Below, piece after piece: positions 1 through 9,082 of a stretch of DNA of 55,897 nt. Each line of letters starts with the position of its first letter. Positions within the stretch are counted from its first letter, which is position 1. Below the pieces are notes generated by a model. The model did no database searches. It saw only the letters and a list, made by a program, of their open reading frames with translations, and was not told where the DNA came from. The DNA is from a virus, in the IMG/VR virus record IMGVR_UViG_3300046520_000074, one strand, 5' to 3'. The position numbers and the translations under genes were made by a program.

Positions 1-127
1 GGCAACGAGTACAGCGCCTGGCCGATGCAGATTGACGGCATCGAATCCAACGGCGACGGTACGGCTATTCGCCCGACGCTGTCGGTGGGTAACGTCAATG
101 GCCGGATCACAGCCCTGTGCCTGGCCT
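1..127. repeat. Copy 1 of the 127-bp terminal overlap (identical to 55771-55897)
   Basis: Direct reading: ggcaacgagtacagcgcctggccgatgcag... is repeated exactly at the window end. Confidence 0.95.
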
Positions 128-561
128 TCGATGACCTGCTCGAGTTCAAGTTGACCATGCGGCACACGCTGGGCAGCTACCTCGACGCGGTCAACTTCTC
201 CGGCGGCAACCCAACGGCAGACCCTACCCAGGAGACGATCGAGGTCTGGTATATCGACCAGAAGACGAACGAGGACGGGGAGACGGTCACCTGGGAGCTT
301 GCCAGTCCTGGCGACGTGGGCGGGGAGTCCATCGGCCGCCAGGCCACGACGCTGTGCCATTGGTGCCTGACCGGCGGCTACCGTGGGCCGAACTGCGGCT
401 ACACCGGGCCCTACGTGACGAAGGATGGGGTGGTCACCGATAACCCTGAGCTGGACGAATGCGATGCCACACTGGGTCGGGGCTGCATTCCGCGCTTTGG
501 CGAAGGCAACCCGCTGCCATTCGGCGGTTTCCCCGCCGTTTCCCTGATCGCCCGGAGTTGA
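1..561 (+). CDS. Minor tail protein L, C-terminal part (continues the ORF starting at 55582)
   Basis: In frame from base 1. The sequence GNEYSAWPMQIDG...RPTLSVGNVNG...CGYTGP...C..C resembles lambda gpL, including the C-terminal Cys cluster. Confidence 0.9.
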   Translation, partial: GNEYSAWPMQIDGIESNGDGTAIRPTLSVGNVNGRITALCLAFDDLLEFKLTMRHTLGSYLDAVNFSGGNPTADPTQETIEVWYIDQKTNEDGETVTWELASPGDVGGESIGRQATTLCHWCLTGGYRGPNCGYTGPYVTKDGVVTDNPELDECDATLGRGCIPRFGEGNPLPFGGFPAVSLIARS

Positions 562-563
562 CC

Positions 564-1319
564 ATGCGCAAACACATCTTGAGCACGATCCAGGCGCACG
601 CGGCAGCGGAATATCCGAAGGAATGCTGCGGGTTGCTGCTGGCCCTGGGTCGAAAGCAGCAGTACTTCCCATGCAAGAACATCGCGACCGAGCCGAACGA
701 AGAGTTCATCGTCGATCCTGAGGATTACGCCGCGGCGGAAGACCTGGGCGAGATCATCGGAATTGTTCACTCGCACCCGGATGCCACCAGCAGGCCTTCG
801 CCCCGCGACTTAGCGATGTGCGAAGCGACCGGCATGCCCTGGCACATCCTGAGCTGGCCGGAGGGCGACTTGCGGACGGTGCTGCCAACCGGTGAGACGC
901 CGTTGCTGAAGCGCCCGTTCGTCCACGGTGCCTGGGACTGTTGGCAGGTCTGCGCTGATTGGTACAAGCGCGAGTGGGGGCTGGAGTTCGAAGCCTTCAA
1001 GCGCGCAGACGGCTGGTGGGAGAATAAGGAAAACGCCAGCCTGTACGAGGCGAACTACGAGGCCGCCGGCTTCTGCCGGGTCGACCGGCCACAGCGCGGC
1101 GACATGATCGTGATGGAGGTGGGCCGGACGGTTCACCCGAATCACGCTGGTATTTTCCTTGGCGCCAACCCAGCACTGCCCGGCGAGGACGCCGCGACCT
1201 TCGGCCCCGGGCCGTTTCTGCTTCACCATTTATACGGTCGACCGAGCGAAATCATCGTTTTCGGTGGGCCGTGGCTGGATAGAACTCGGCTGGTCCTGCG
1301 CCACAAGGACGCGAAGTGA
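564..1319 (+). CDS. Tail tip assembly protein K (MPN/JAB plus NlpC/P60 domains)
   Basis: Internal ATG of ORF 459..1319. ECCGLL and HSHP..SRPSPRDL are JAB-type motifs. It sits between L and I as in lambda. Confidence 0.9.
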   Translation: MRKHILSTIQAHAAAEYPKECCGLLLALGRKQQYFPCKNIATEPNEEFIVDPEDYAAAEDLGEIIGIVHSHPDATSRPSPRDLAMCEATGMPWHILSWPEGDLRTVLPTGETPLLKRPFVHGAWDCWQVCADWYKREWGLEFEAFKRADGWWENKENASLYEANYEAAGFCRVDRPQRGDMIVMEVGRTVHPNHAGIFLGANPALPGEDAATFGPGPFLLHHLYGRPSEIIVFGGPWLDRTRLVLRHKDAK

Positions 1320-1410
1320 GGTATTCCGTGGCGTTGGTGCTTCCGGTTGATGGTGATAGCATCCTGTCATTAGTCGCGGGCTAGCTGCGACCATTGAGCA
1401 AGGAGTTCAA

Positions 1411-1848
1411 ATGTTCGTCGTCAGGCTACTGGTTTTGAGTTTTCTCGCTTTTTACAGCTACTCCATGGGTATGGAGCGAGGCGGGCTGAATGCGTTTGGT
1501 AAATTGGTAGCGATAAGCGGGATAGTGTTCGTTCCGGCTCTTTATATGCTCCCTACCATTGAGGCGGCAATTCGAAAGAGCAATAACCTTCCGGCGATAG
1601 CCGCTGTGAACTTCTTTCTGGGCTGGAGCCTGATTGGGTGGGTAACTGCTCTGGTATGGGCATTCAAGAACCCAACGCCAGTAATTCTGGCGGAAGCTCC
1701 TGCATACCTAACTGTTGAAACTAGCTCGACTACGGACACAAAACCGAAAAAAGATTGCCCATTCTGTGGCGAAGAGATTTTAGCGGTAGCGGTGAAGTGT
1801 AAGCATTGTGGCAGCGAGCTATCCGAATCCACTGGGGGTGTTGCGTGA
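1411..1848 (+). CDS. Membrane protein: superinfection-immunity (Imm-like) domain fused to a C-terminal zinc ribbon
   Basis: Three hydrophobic segments. NFFLGWSLIGWVTALVWAF matches the Imm_superinfect signature. C-terminal CPFCGEEI..KCKHCG. The segment is AT-richer than its flanks. Confidence 0.75.
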   Translation: MFVVRLLVLSFLAFYSYSMGMERGGLNAFGKLVAISGIVFVPALYMLPTIEAAIRKSNNLPAIAAVNFFLGWSLIGWVTALVWAFKNPTPVILAEAPAYLTVETSSTTDTKPKKDCPFCGEEILAVAVKCKHCGSELSESTGGVA

Positions 1849-2189
1849 AGGCTGTATTTTTACTTTTAGCAGTTACCGCACTGGCTGGTTGCGTATCGCC
1901 AGGCGACCTTGCGTCTAAAGACCCAAGCATCTCAGGCAGCACCACGAAGGACCCGAAGCGTTACGCGCTTTGCGTGCTCCCGAGATGGCAGGACGCGCGC
2001 AGCGACGTAACCATGTCCGAGACGGAATATGGCTACCGCCTCATCGCAGCGACCAACAACATGACCGATGAATTGCTGAGCATCCGCAAGACATCCAAGG
2101 GTAGTGCTGTGAAGCTGTACCAGCGCATGGCCTGGGCCCCGGGATATGGGCGGGGCGATATGGAGCAGGCAGTGAGGGGCTGTCTGTAA
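1845..2189 (+). CDS. Lipoprotein (moron gene)
   Basis: GTG start overlaps the upstream stop (GTGA). The N-terminus VKAVFLLLAVTALAGC carries a lipobox LAGC. Confidence 0.7.
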   Translation: MKAVFLLLAVTALAGCVSPGDLASKDPSISGSTTKDPKRYALCVLPRWQDARSDVTMSETEYGYRLIAATNNMTDELLSIRKTSKGSAVKLYQRMAWAPGYGRGDMEQAVRGCL

Positions 2190-2209
2190 ACGAAATGAAG
2201 TACACCAAG

Positions 2210-2229
2210 CCGCCTCCGGGCGGTTTTTT
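2210..2229 (+). terminator. Rho-independent terminator closing the K-I moron
   Basis: ccgcc-tccg-ggcgg hairpin followed by tttttt. Confidence 0.75.
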
Positions 2230-2246
2230 CATGCCCGGAGAAAACC

Positions 2247-2837
2247 GTGTCAGCGATCAATTGCAGCCATCCAACAATGACTACCATCCTGCTCTCGGGC
2301 CCGCTAATAAAGTTGTTTGGCCGGGTCCACCGCCGAGAACTTGGAAGCCAGTCGGTCGGCGAGGCGTTCAAAGCGCTGAAATGCACGCTCAATGGCTTCG
2401 ACTTGGCAATCAAGGATCTGGAGCGCCGAGGCATGCGGTTCGCGATTTTTCGGAACCGGAAGAATGTCGCGGAAAAGGAGTTCGCGCTGGGCGGTGCCGA
2501 GGAGATCAGGATTGTTCCGGTTATCTCAGGCAGCAAGCGCGCCGGGCTACTTCAGACAATTGTCGGTGCGGTGCTCATTGCCGCCTCGTTCATACCTGGC
2601 TTCCAGGCCCTGGCACCGGTGGGTATTGCCCTCGTCGCCGGCGGCGTCATCCAGATGCTCAGTCCCCAGGCCTCTGGCCTCAAGCAGAGCGCATCCCCCG
2701 ACAACGCCCCGTCCTACGCCTTCGGCAGCGCCAAGAACACCACAGCCAGCGGCAACCCCGTGCCGATCTGCATCGGCGACCGGCGGTGGGGCGGCATGAT
2801 CATTTCCGCATCGATATACGCCGAAGACAAAACGTAA
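2247..2837 (+). CDS. Tail assembly protein I
   Basis: gpI-like. Ubiquitin-like N-terminus (LSGPLIKLFG...), then IxPVISGSKRAG and a hydrophobic C-terminal half. The true start may be ATG 2277. Confidence 0.85.
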   Translation: MSAINCSHPTMTTILLSGPLIKLFGRVHRRELGSQSVGEAFKALKCTLNGFDLAIKDLERRGMRFAIFRNRKNVAEKEFALGGAEEIRIVPVISGSKRAGLLQTIVGAVLIAASFIPGFQALAPVGIALVAGGVIQMLSPQASGLKQSASPDNAPSYAFGSAKNTTASGNPVPICIGDRRWGGMIISASIYAEDKT

Positions 2838-2856
2838 ACCGAACGCAGTAAGCAGG

Positions 2857-2879
2857 CCGCCCATGAGGCGGTTTTTTTT
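2857..2879 (+). terminator. Rho-independent terminator/attenuator upstream of J
   Basis: ccgcc-catga-ggcgg hairpin followed by tttttttt. Confidence 0.7.
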
Positions 2880-2894
2880 CGCCTGGAGGAAAGC

Positions 2895-5800
2895 ATGGGC
2901 GCAGCACGCAAGATCGATATCCACGGCGCGAAGGGCGGAGACAAAAAGCCTAAGTCCCCGACTGAGGCCAGCGACAACCTGCGCTCCACGAACATTGCCA
3001 AGCTGCTGATCGCCGTGGGCGAGGGCGAGTTTGAGGAGGCTCCCACTGCGGCGACCATCTTCCTCGACAACACACCAATCAATGACGTCAGCGGCAACGT
3101 CAACTTCCCCAACGTGAAGTGGGAATGGCGCTCCGGGTCTGTCGATCAGACCTACATCCCCGGCATTCCATCTGTCGAGAACGAGACATCGCTGAACATC
3201 GAGCTGCGCAGCGATGCGGCCTGGGTCCGATCTGTCACGAACACTCAGCTGTCGGCCGTGCGCCTGCGCTTTGCCTGGCCCGCGCTCCAGCGCCAGGACG
3301 ACCAAGGCAACATTGGCGGCTATCGCATCGAGTACGCAATCGACGTGGCCACCGACGGCGGGGCCTATCAGCAGGTCCTAGTCGATGCAGTAGACGGCAA
3401 GACCACCACCCGCTACGAGCGCTCCAAGCGTGTCGACCTGCCAGAGGCAACAACCGGCTGGCAGATCCGCGTCCGCCGCATCACGCCCAACCAGAACAGC
3501 AACAAGATTGCCGACACCATGCTGATCGCCGGTTTCACCGAGGTGATCGATGCGAAGCTGCGCTACCCGAACACCGCGCTGCTGTACATCGAGTTCGACG
3601 CCGAGCAATTCACCAACATCCCGGCCGTCACCGTGAAGTGCAAGGGCCGTAAGTGGCAGGTCCCGAGCAACTACGACCCGATCAGCCGCACTTACACCGG
3701 CACGTGGGACGGCAGCATGAAGCTGGCCTGGACCAATAATCCGGCCTGGATCACGTACGGCATTTGCACAGAGGATCGTTTCGGCCTGGGCAAGCGCATC
3801 AAGACATTCATGGTCGACAAGTGGGAGCTGTACCGTATCGCGCAGTACTGCGACCAGCTCGTTCCCGATGGCCTGGGCGGCACAGAACCGCGCTTCCTCT
3901 GTGACATGAACCTGCAAGGCAAGGCCGACGCCTGGACGCTGCTGCGGGACATCTCCGGCATCTACCGCGGGATGACCTACTGGGCCCAGGGCCAGTTGAT
4001 CATGCAGGCGGACATGCCTCGCGCCCAGGACTTCGACTACGTCTTCACCCGGGCGAACGTCATCGACGGGAAATTTTCCTACGGCAGCGCATCGGCGAAG
4101 ACCCGGTACACCCGGGCCCTGGTCAGCTACGACAACCCGGCGAACAACTACGACACCGACGTCATTCCGTTTTCGGACCTTAACCTTCAGCGCCGCTATG
4201 GGGACCGGCCAACTGAGCTGAGTGCCATTGGCTGCACCCGTGCCTCTGAGGCCCAGCGCCGGGGCAAGTGGGCGATCCTGAGCAACAACCTGGACCGCAC
4301 CGTCACCTTCAAGACCGGGATGGAGGGCGTGATCCCGCTCCCGGGCCACATCATCCCGGTGGCCGACTCGCTGCTGGCCGGTCGGGAGATTGGTGGACGG
4401 ATCTCAGCCGTGGCCGGTCGCGTGGTGACCCTGGACCGTGACACCCAGGCGAAGGCCGGGGACCGATTGATCATCAACCTGCCCGGCGGGCGCGCAGAAG
4501 GGCGCACCGTGCAAAGTGTTGCCGGCCGTGCCGTGACCGTGACCATCGCCTACAGCGAGGCGCCTCGGGCACAGCTTCAGTGGGCACTCGACGCTGACGA
4601 CCTGGCGATCCCGCTGTACCGGGTCCTGCGGACCAAGCGCACCACCGAGGGCGACTTCGAGATCAGCGCGCTGCAGTACGAGCCGAGCAAGTTCGCCAAT
4701 ATCGATACCGGCGCACGCCTGGAAGACCGGCCAATCAGCGTTATTCCGATCACCGTCGTTCCTGCGCCTGCCAGCGTAACCCTGACGGCGAACTCTGTCG
4801 TTTCCCAGGGCATTGCCGTAGCCACGATGACCATCACCTGGCCTCCTGTTGAAGGGTCTGTGGCGTATGACGTTGAGTGGCGCAAGGACAGCGGCAACTG
4901 GATCAAGGTCCAGCGCACCGGCACGACCGGCGTCGACGTGGAGGGCATCTATGCGGGGGGCTACGTGGCCCGCGTCCGCGCGGTGAGTGCCTTCGATATC
5001 TCGTCGATCTGGCGTAACTCCGTGCTGACAGAGCTGAAGGGCAAGGAAGGCCTGCCGCCGGCGGTTACCCACCTGACAGCCACCAGCCTTGTCTATGGCA
5101 TCAGGCTTGACTGGGGCTTCCCGCCGGGAGCTGAGGACACCCAGCGCACTGAAATTTGGTACAGCCAAACGACGGCTCAGGAGAACGCCACAAAGCTGGG
5201 CGACTTTGCCTACCCGCAAGCCAGGACCGAGATGCAGAGCATCCTGGCGGGGGCAACGTTCTTTTTCTGGGCCCGCCTGGTGGATCGCACTGGCAACATT
5301 GGTCCGTGGTTCCCAATCGGGAATGGGGTAATGGGGCAGGCCAGCTCCGACCAGTCTGAATATGAGGACTACTTTGCCGGGAAAATCGGTGACTCCGCCC
5401 TGGGCGAACACCTGGGTGACCGCATTGACCTTATCGACGGTCCTGCCGATCTGCCTGGATCGGTCAATAACCGCATCCAGGTGGTGTCTGGCGAGGTGGA
5501 TGCGATTTCAGAAAAGGTAGACGGTGTTTTTGCCATAGTGAGTCCGCCAATGGCGGGAGATACCGAGGGCTTTGCCGGTACGATCGAGGCGATGGTCGGC
5601 GTCTGGTCGCTTCAGTCGGCCATCATCGAGGACGGCATCGCTACCGGTAAACGAATCGATACCGTGCAAGTTGAGCTGAACGATAACAGCGCGGTCATTC
5701 AGCAGGTCAGCCAGGCGCAAGTCGACTTGGACGGCAAGGCTTCGGCTATGTGGTCGGTGAAAATGCAGGTTGATGCGAACGGGCGCTATGTTGCGGCAGG

Positions 5801-6173
5801 GATCGGCCTGGGCATAGAGAACGGCCCGGCCGGACTGCAAAGCCAGTTCCTGGTGAATGTCGACCGGTTTGCCGTGGTGAATGGTTTGGGAGGCTCGGAT
5901 ATCGCTGTCCCTTTCATCGTTCAGAACGGGCAGACCTTTATCAGCTCGGCGTTCATCCAGGACGGCAGCATCACGATGCTGAAAATCGGGCAGTACCTGC
6001 AATCGGACAACTATGTTGCCGGCGTGCAGGGCTGGCGCCTGGATAAGGCCGGGAACCTGGAATTCAACGGTCCATCTCCGGGTGGTGGGCGACTGACAAT
6101 GACCAACCGCGCGATCAAGGTATATGACCAGAACGGCGTTAAGCGCGTGCAACTTGGGGACTTGTCGGCATGA
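2895..6173 (+). CDS. Host specificity / central tail fibre protein J
   Basis: 1092 aa with lambda gpJ-like organisation, including fibronectin-III-like repeats (e.g. TWPPVEGSVAYDVEWRKD). It follows I. Confidence 0.92.
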   Translation: MGAARKIDIHGAKGGDKKPKSPTEASDNLRSTNIAKLLIAVGEGEFEEAPTAATIFLDNTPINDVSGNVNFPNVKWEWRSGSVDQTYIPGIPSVENETSLNIELRSDAAWVRSVTNTQLSAVRLRFAWPALQRQDDQGNIGGYRIEYAIDVATDGGAYQQVLVDAVDGKTTTRYERSKRVDLPEATTGWQIRVRRITPNQNSNKIADTMLIAGFTEVIDAKLRYPNTALLYIEFDAEQFTNIPAVTVKCKGRKWQVPSNYDPISRTYTGTWDGSMKLAWTNNPAWITYGICTEDRFGLGKRIKTFMVDKWELYRIAQYCDQLVPDGLGGTEPRFLCDMNLQGKADAWTLLRDISGIYRGMTYWAQGQLIMQADMPRAQDFDYVFTRANVIDGKFSYGSASAKTRYTRALVSYDNPANNYDTDVIPFSDLNLQRRYGDRPTELSAIGCTRASEAQRRGKWAILSNNLDRTVTFKTGMEGVIPLPGHIIPVADSLLAGREIGGRISAVAGRVVTLDRDTQAKAGDRLIINLPGGRAEGRTVQSVAGRAVTVTIAYSEAPRAQLQWALDADDLAIPLYRVLRTKRTTEGDFEISALQYEPSKFANIDTGARLEDRPISVIPITVVPAPASVTLTANSVVSQGIAVATMTITWPPVEGSVAYDVEWRKDSGNWIKVQRTGTTGVDVEGIYAGGYVARVRAVSAFDISSIWRNSVLTELKGKEGLPPAVTHLTATSLVYGIRLDWGFPPGAEDTQRTEIWYSQTTAQENATKLGDFAYPQARTEMQSILAGATFFFWARLVDRTGNIGPWFPIGNGVMGQASSDQSEYEDYFAGKIGDSALGEHLGDRIDLIDGPADLPGSVNNRIQVVSGEVDAISEKVDGVFAIVSPPMAGDTEGFAGTIEAMVGVWSLQSAIIEDGIATGKRIDTVQVELNDNSAVIQQVSQAQVDLDGKASAMWSVKMQVDANGRYVAAGIGLGIENGPAGLQSQFLVNVDRFAVVNGLGGSDIAVPFIVQNGQTFISSAFIQDGSITMLKIGQYLQSDNYVAGVQGWRLDKAGNLEFNGPSPGGGRLTMTNRAIKVYDQNGVKRVQLGDLSA

Positions 6174-6493
6174 GTTTCGGTCTGGAAATTCGGGATGAAA
6201 ACGGCAATGTTACGCTCGATCCGTCGTCATTCACTATGCGGGTTGTCTATAGCGGAGTTGTTACAGGAACCAACTCCACTAATTTCCAGACAATATCTGT
6301 CCCCGGCATAACAACAGCCAATAGCGCGGCGTTTGTAGTGCCGATTGGGAGTTATACCGACGGCATCGATATGCAGTTGGAGACGGAAGTTATAAATGAC
6401 GCGGTTCGAGTCTACAGCTATATGCGAGGAAGGGAGCAGTACAGCAGCACGACCAGTTCAACAATGCGACTAATTGTAATAAGGTTCTCCTGA
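6170..6493 (+). CDS. Hypothetical tail-associated protein
   Basis: ATGA overlap with the J stop. The N-terminus MSFGLEIRDENGNVTLD is paralogous to that of the next gene. AT-richer DNA. Confidence 0.65.
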   Translation: MSFGLEIRDENGNVTLDPSSFTMRVVYSGVVTGTNSTNFQTISVPGITTANSAAFVVPIGSYTDGIDMQLETEVINDAVRVYSYMRGREQYSSTTSSTMRLIVIRFS

Positions 6494-7167
6494 TGTCATT
6501 CGGATTAGATTTCACAAACGACAGTAATGTCGTGACAGTTGATTCCGAGTTTACCCGGCTCGTTGTTTTGGCAAAAGGGACGTACCAGCCGACGCAAGAA
6601 TCTGGACTTGGATCAGTTACCTCCTTCCCTCGAACTATAACAAGCCAGGAACCGCCGCTCGTTTTTATCCGGCCCGCTGGGAGCACCGGTATTGCTGGGC
6701 TGTGTCAGATGCGTGTCATAGGGTCTCCAGGTGCCTGGACCGGTTTTTATGTTCGCGCATATGACGTGAATACGTTGCAACCCAACGGATCCTATTTTGC
6801 GTGCGGATTCGCAGCCACGGCGTTGGCGGATTACGGAATGCGAATTTGGGATGGTAATTCAAAGATGCTATTTGACAGCGGCACTCCTTACGCGAGGTTC
6901 ACGCGATCTTTCCAGAATTGGACATATGTAAAAACCGACTCCACGGCCCAAGGAACGCCACGAAATTATTATCGAGTGAATTTCAACTTTCCGGCAGGTG
7001 AGTACATGCTGATAAACACATTCAGTATGCAGATGCTTAATAACTCGCCATTTGATAGGGAATTATATTGCTGGTGGGATTTCTCCGGCGGGAATCTGTA
7101 TGCGCTGACAGTTGGGCCCGGCAACCCGATCGCATTCTTTCTTCCTGCAGTATTCGCAAAATTATAA
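6493..7167 (+). CDS. Hypothetical tail-associated protein (N-terminal paralog of the previous gene)
   Basis: MSFGLDFTNDSNVVTVD resembles the N-terminus of 6170..6493. The start overlaps the upstream stop. Confidence 0.65.
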   Translation: MSFGLDFTNDSNVVTVDSEFTRLVVLAKGTYQPTQESGLGSVTSFPRTITSQEPPLVFIRPAGSTGIAGLCQMRVIGSPGAWTGFYVRAYDVNTLQPNGSYFACGFAATALADYGMRIWDGNSKMLFDSGTPYARFTRSFQNWTYVKTDSTAQGTPRNYYRVNFNFPAGEYMLINTFSMQMLNNSPFDRELYCWWDFSGGNLYALTVGPGNPIAFFLPAVFAKL

Positions 7168-7180
7168 AGGAAAACTTTAT

Positions 7181-7252
7181 ATGCCCTGGTATAAAACTGG
7201 AACGGGCTCCGTCTCCCAAAATCCCAATGCCATGGTCGGCTTAAATAGGTAA
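7181..7252 (+). pseudogene. 23-codon remnant of a tail-fibre gene 5' end
   Basis: MPWYKTGTGSVSQNPNAMVGLNR-stop resembles the conserved N-terminus of many phage tail fibre proteins (MPWY.TGTVSV...). It is truncated just before the intact fibre gene. Confidence 0.5.
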
Positions 7253-7257
7253 GTCTC

Positions 7258-7986
7258 ATGTCTAAACAAACAATTAATCTTGGCACGCCTCCAACAGGCG
7301 TTGGTGGTGATACACCAAGAAGCGCCTTCACAAAAACTCAGTCAAACTTCGATGAGATTTATACTGCTCTCGGCGCAGCCGGCTCGCCGGCAGCTCTTCC
7401 CCCAGCACTCCCCATTGCGAAAGGCGGGACAGGAAGCACTACTGCGCACGGTCTGGGCCAAGCAGCGTCGATACCCATATCAATTGGTGACCTAGACTCA
7501 CCCACCCTGTTGACTGGAATGTACAGTGTAGTTACCGCATCGGGAGGCACAAGAGGGCTGCCTTATGGCACCTATAATCTTTGGGTTAACCGGTTTAATA
7601 GCTCAACTCTCGCGGGGCAAATTGCAATAAACGTGACAACTGGCACTATGTATGTTCGCCATTCTCAATCTGTTTCTTTCGTAGACACAAGCAGCATAGG
7701 CGTGGGCCAGTTGTGGACTGATCTTACTTCCAGCCGTTCGATCGGAACCACTTACACCAACACAACCGGGCGTCCGATCCAACTTGCGGGCGTGGCTGGT
7801 CCTGCTTCGGGGGCGGCTACTACCGTTATCGTGACGGTTGGCTCGATGGCGGTGTACGGCAACTACTCTGGGGCCGCCGGCAATTATTTGGCGTTCCCTA
7901 TGGTCATCATTCCCCCCGGATCGACCTATAGTGTAGCGGCGGCTAACGGCACTGCTGTTTTGGTTAATTGGAGAGAACTTAGATGA
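7258..7986 (+). CDS. Tail fibre protein
   Basis: MSKQTINLGTPPTGVGGDTPRSAFTKTQSNFDEIYTALG is a typical fibre N-terminal attachment motif. The C-terminal half is Gly/Thr/Ser-rich. Confidence 0.8.
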   Translation: MSKQTINLGTPPTGVGGDTPRSAFTKTQSNFDEIYTALGAAGSPAALPPALPIAKGGTGSTTAHGLGQAASIPISIGDLDSPTLLTGMYSVVTASGGTRGLPYGTYNLWVNRFNSSTLAGQIAINVTTGTMYVRHSQSVSFVDTSSIGVGQLWTDLTSSRSIGTTYTNTTGRPIQLAGVAGPASGAATTVIVTVGSMAVYGNYSGAAGNYLAFPMVIIPPGSTYSVAAANGTAVLVNWRELR

Positions 7987-8420
7987 TGAAATATTTCAAG
8001 AGCCCGGACGGCGAAGTCTATGCTTACGAGGCTGATGGTTCTCAAGACGAGTGGATCCTGACGAACCTCGTTCCCATGACAGAATCAGAAGTTGAGGCAC
8101 ATCTAAATCCACCCCGAGACGTACTGGCTGATCAGTCGACCAAGCTTCGGGGTTTTATCCAGCTTGCTGCTGAGCAAAAGTTGGCTCTTACAAGCAGAAT
8201 TAGCACGCTCAACGATGCTATTGATTTGGAAATGGCAACGCCAGAGGAGCTGGAAGAGCTTCCAGTCCGTACCGACCAGTTAAAGCAATGGAAAACGTAT
8301 GCCGTCCTTCTTGGTCGTGTCACCGGGCAACCTGGGTGGCCTCCCGAGGTTGAATGGCCGACGCAACCAACGACCGGAATTGACCTGTCCGTTTCTGTCA
8401 CAAGCCCTGAAGCCGCATAG
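7983..8420 (+). CDS. Tail fibre assembly protein (chaperone)
   Basis: MKYFKSPDGEVYAYEADG... is a Tfa-like N-terminus. It overlaps the fibre gene stop. Confidence 0.75.
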   Translation: MMKYFKSPDGEVYAYEADGSQDEWILTNLVPMTESEVEAHLNPPRDVLADQSTKLRGFIQLAAEQKLALTSRISTLNDAIDLEMATPEELEELPVRTDQLKQWKTYAVLLGRVTGQPGWPPEVEWPTQPTTGIDLSVSVTSPEAA

Positions 8421-8440
8421 CTGCAACTAACTGACGACAG

Positions 8441-8466
8441 CCCGCCATCGAGCGGGATTTTTTTTG
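8441..8466 (+). terminator. Rho-independent terminator after the fibre module
   Basis: cccgc-catcga-gcggg hairpin followed by a T-run. The same 16-nt hairpin recurs at 50754. Confidence 0.75.
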
Positions 8467-8480
8467 TCTGGAGAAAAGTT

Positions 8481-8540
8481 ATGACCGCAACTGAGAAGGA
8501 TCGCGACATCCTGGCCCGCACGCTTTGGGGTGGCAAATGA
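8481..8540 (+). pseudogene. 19-codon remnant of an endolysin 5' end
   Basis: MTATEKDRDILARTLWGGK-stop matches the intact lysin N-terminus MNATERDRDILARTLYGEARG at 9082. It keeps its own RBS (ggag). Its stop overlaps the HNH start (ATGA). Confidence 0.7.
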
Positions 8541-9082
8541 GGAAGATCCCAATGCCATCTGGGTTAACGCTTGATGACCTGCAGTGGCGCCTGTGTCATG
8601 CCTCTGATGACTATGAGGTGAGCGAATACGGCCATGTCCGTCGACGGACAGCGGGCCGCCGCACGTTTCCCGGGAAGGTTCTGTCTTTTTGCTGGCATCA
8701 CGCCGGTTACCCGAGATTCAAGCTCACGATCAATTGCAAACACCAAACCTTCGAAGCGCACCGACTGGTTGCTATGGCATTTCTCGGCCCGCCATTAGGC
8801 GATCGAAACGAAGTCGCCCACGGCGATGGTGACCCAAGCAATTCGCATTACTCGAACCTGTCCTGGAAGACTCACGTCGAGAACGAGAGCGATAAGGTCT
8901 CTCACGGCACTGCCCCTGCGGGCGCAAAGAATGGTGGCGCGAAGCTCAACGATGACTTGGTGTTGAGGATCAGAGCGCGCCGGGTGGATGGCGCGAGCCT
9001 GAGCGCGATTGGCGTTGAGTTCGGTGTCGCCTTTCAAACCATATCCAAAGTCGTCAACCGAAAATCCTGGAGTCACATCTGA
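8537..9082 (+). CDS. HNH homing endonuclease (NUMOD4-like N-terminus, HNH_3 core, C-terminal HTH)
   Basis: YEVSEYGHVRR; GYPRFKL..HRLVAMAF; VAHGDGDPSNSHYSNLSWKTHVEN; C-terminal LSAIGVEFGVAFQTISKVVNRKSW. Confidence 0.85.
   Translation: MRKIPMPSGLTLDDLQWRLCHASDDYEVSEYGHVRRRTAGRRTFPGKVLSFCWHHAGYPRFKLTINCKHQTFEAHRLVAMAFLGPPLGDRNEVAHGDGDPSNSHYSNLSWKTHVENESDKVSHGTAPAGAKNGGAKLNDDLVLRIRARRVDGASLSAIGVEFGVAFQTISKVVNRKSWSHI

Noticed and set aside
1-127. 127-bp direct terminal repeat as a biological terminal redundancy or cos region
   Set aside because: It lies inside the gene L reading frame, and the two copies join in frame. An exact 127-bp overlap is what de Bruijn assemblers leave on circular contigs at their maximum k-mer. 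It only shows that the contig is circular and says nothing about the packaging ends.
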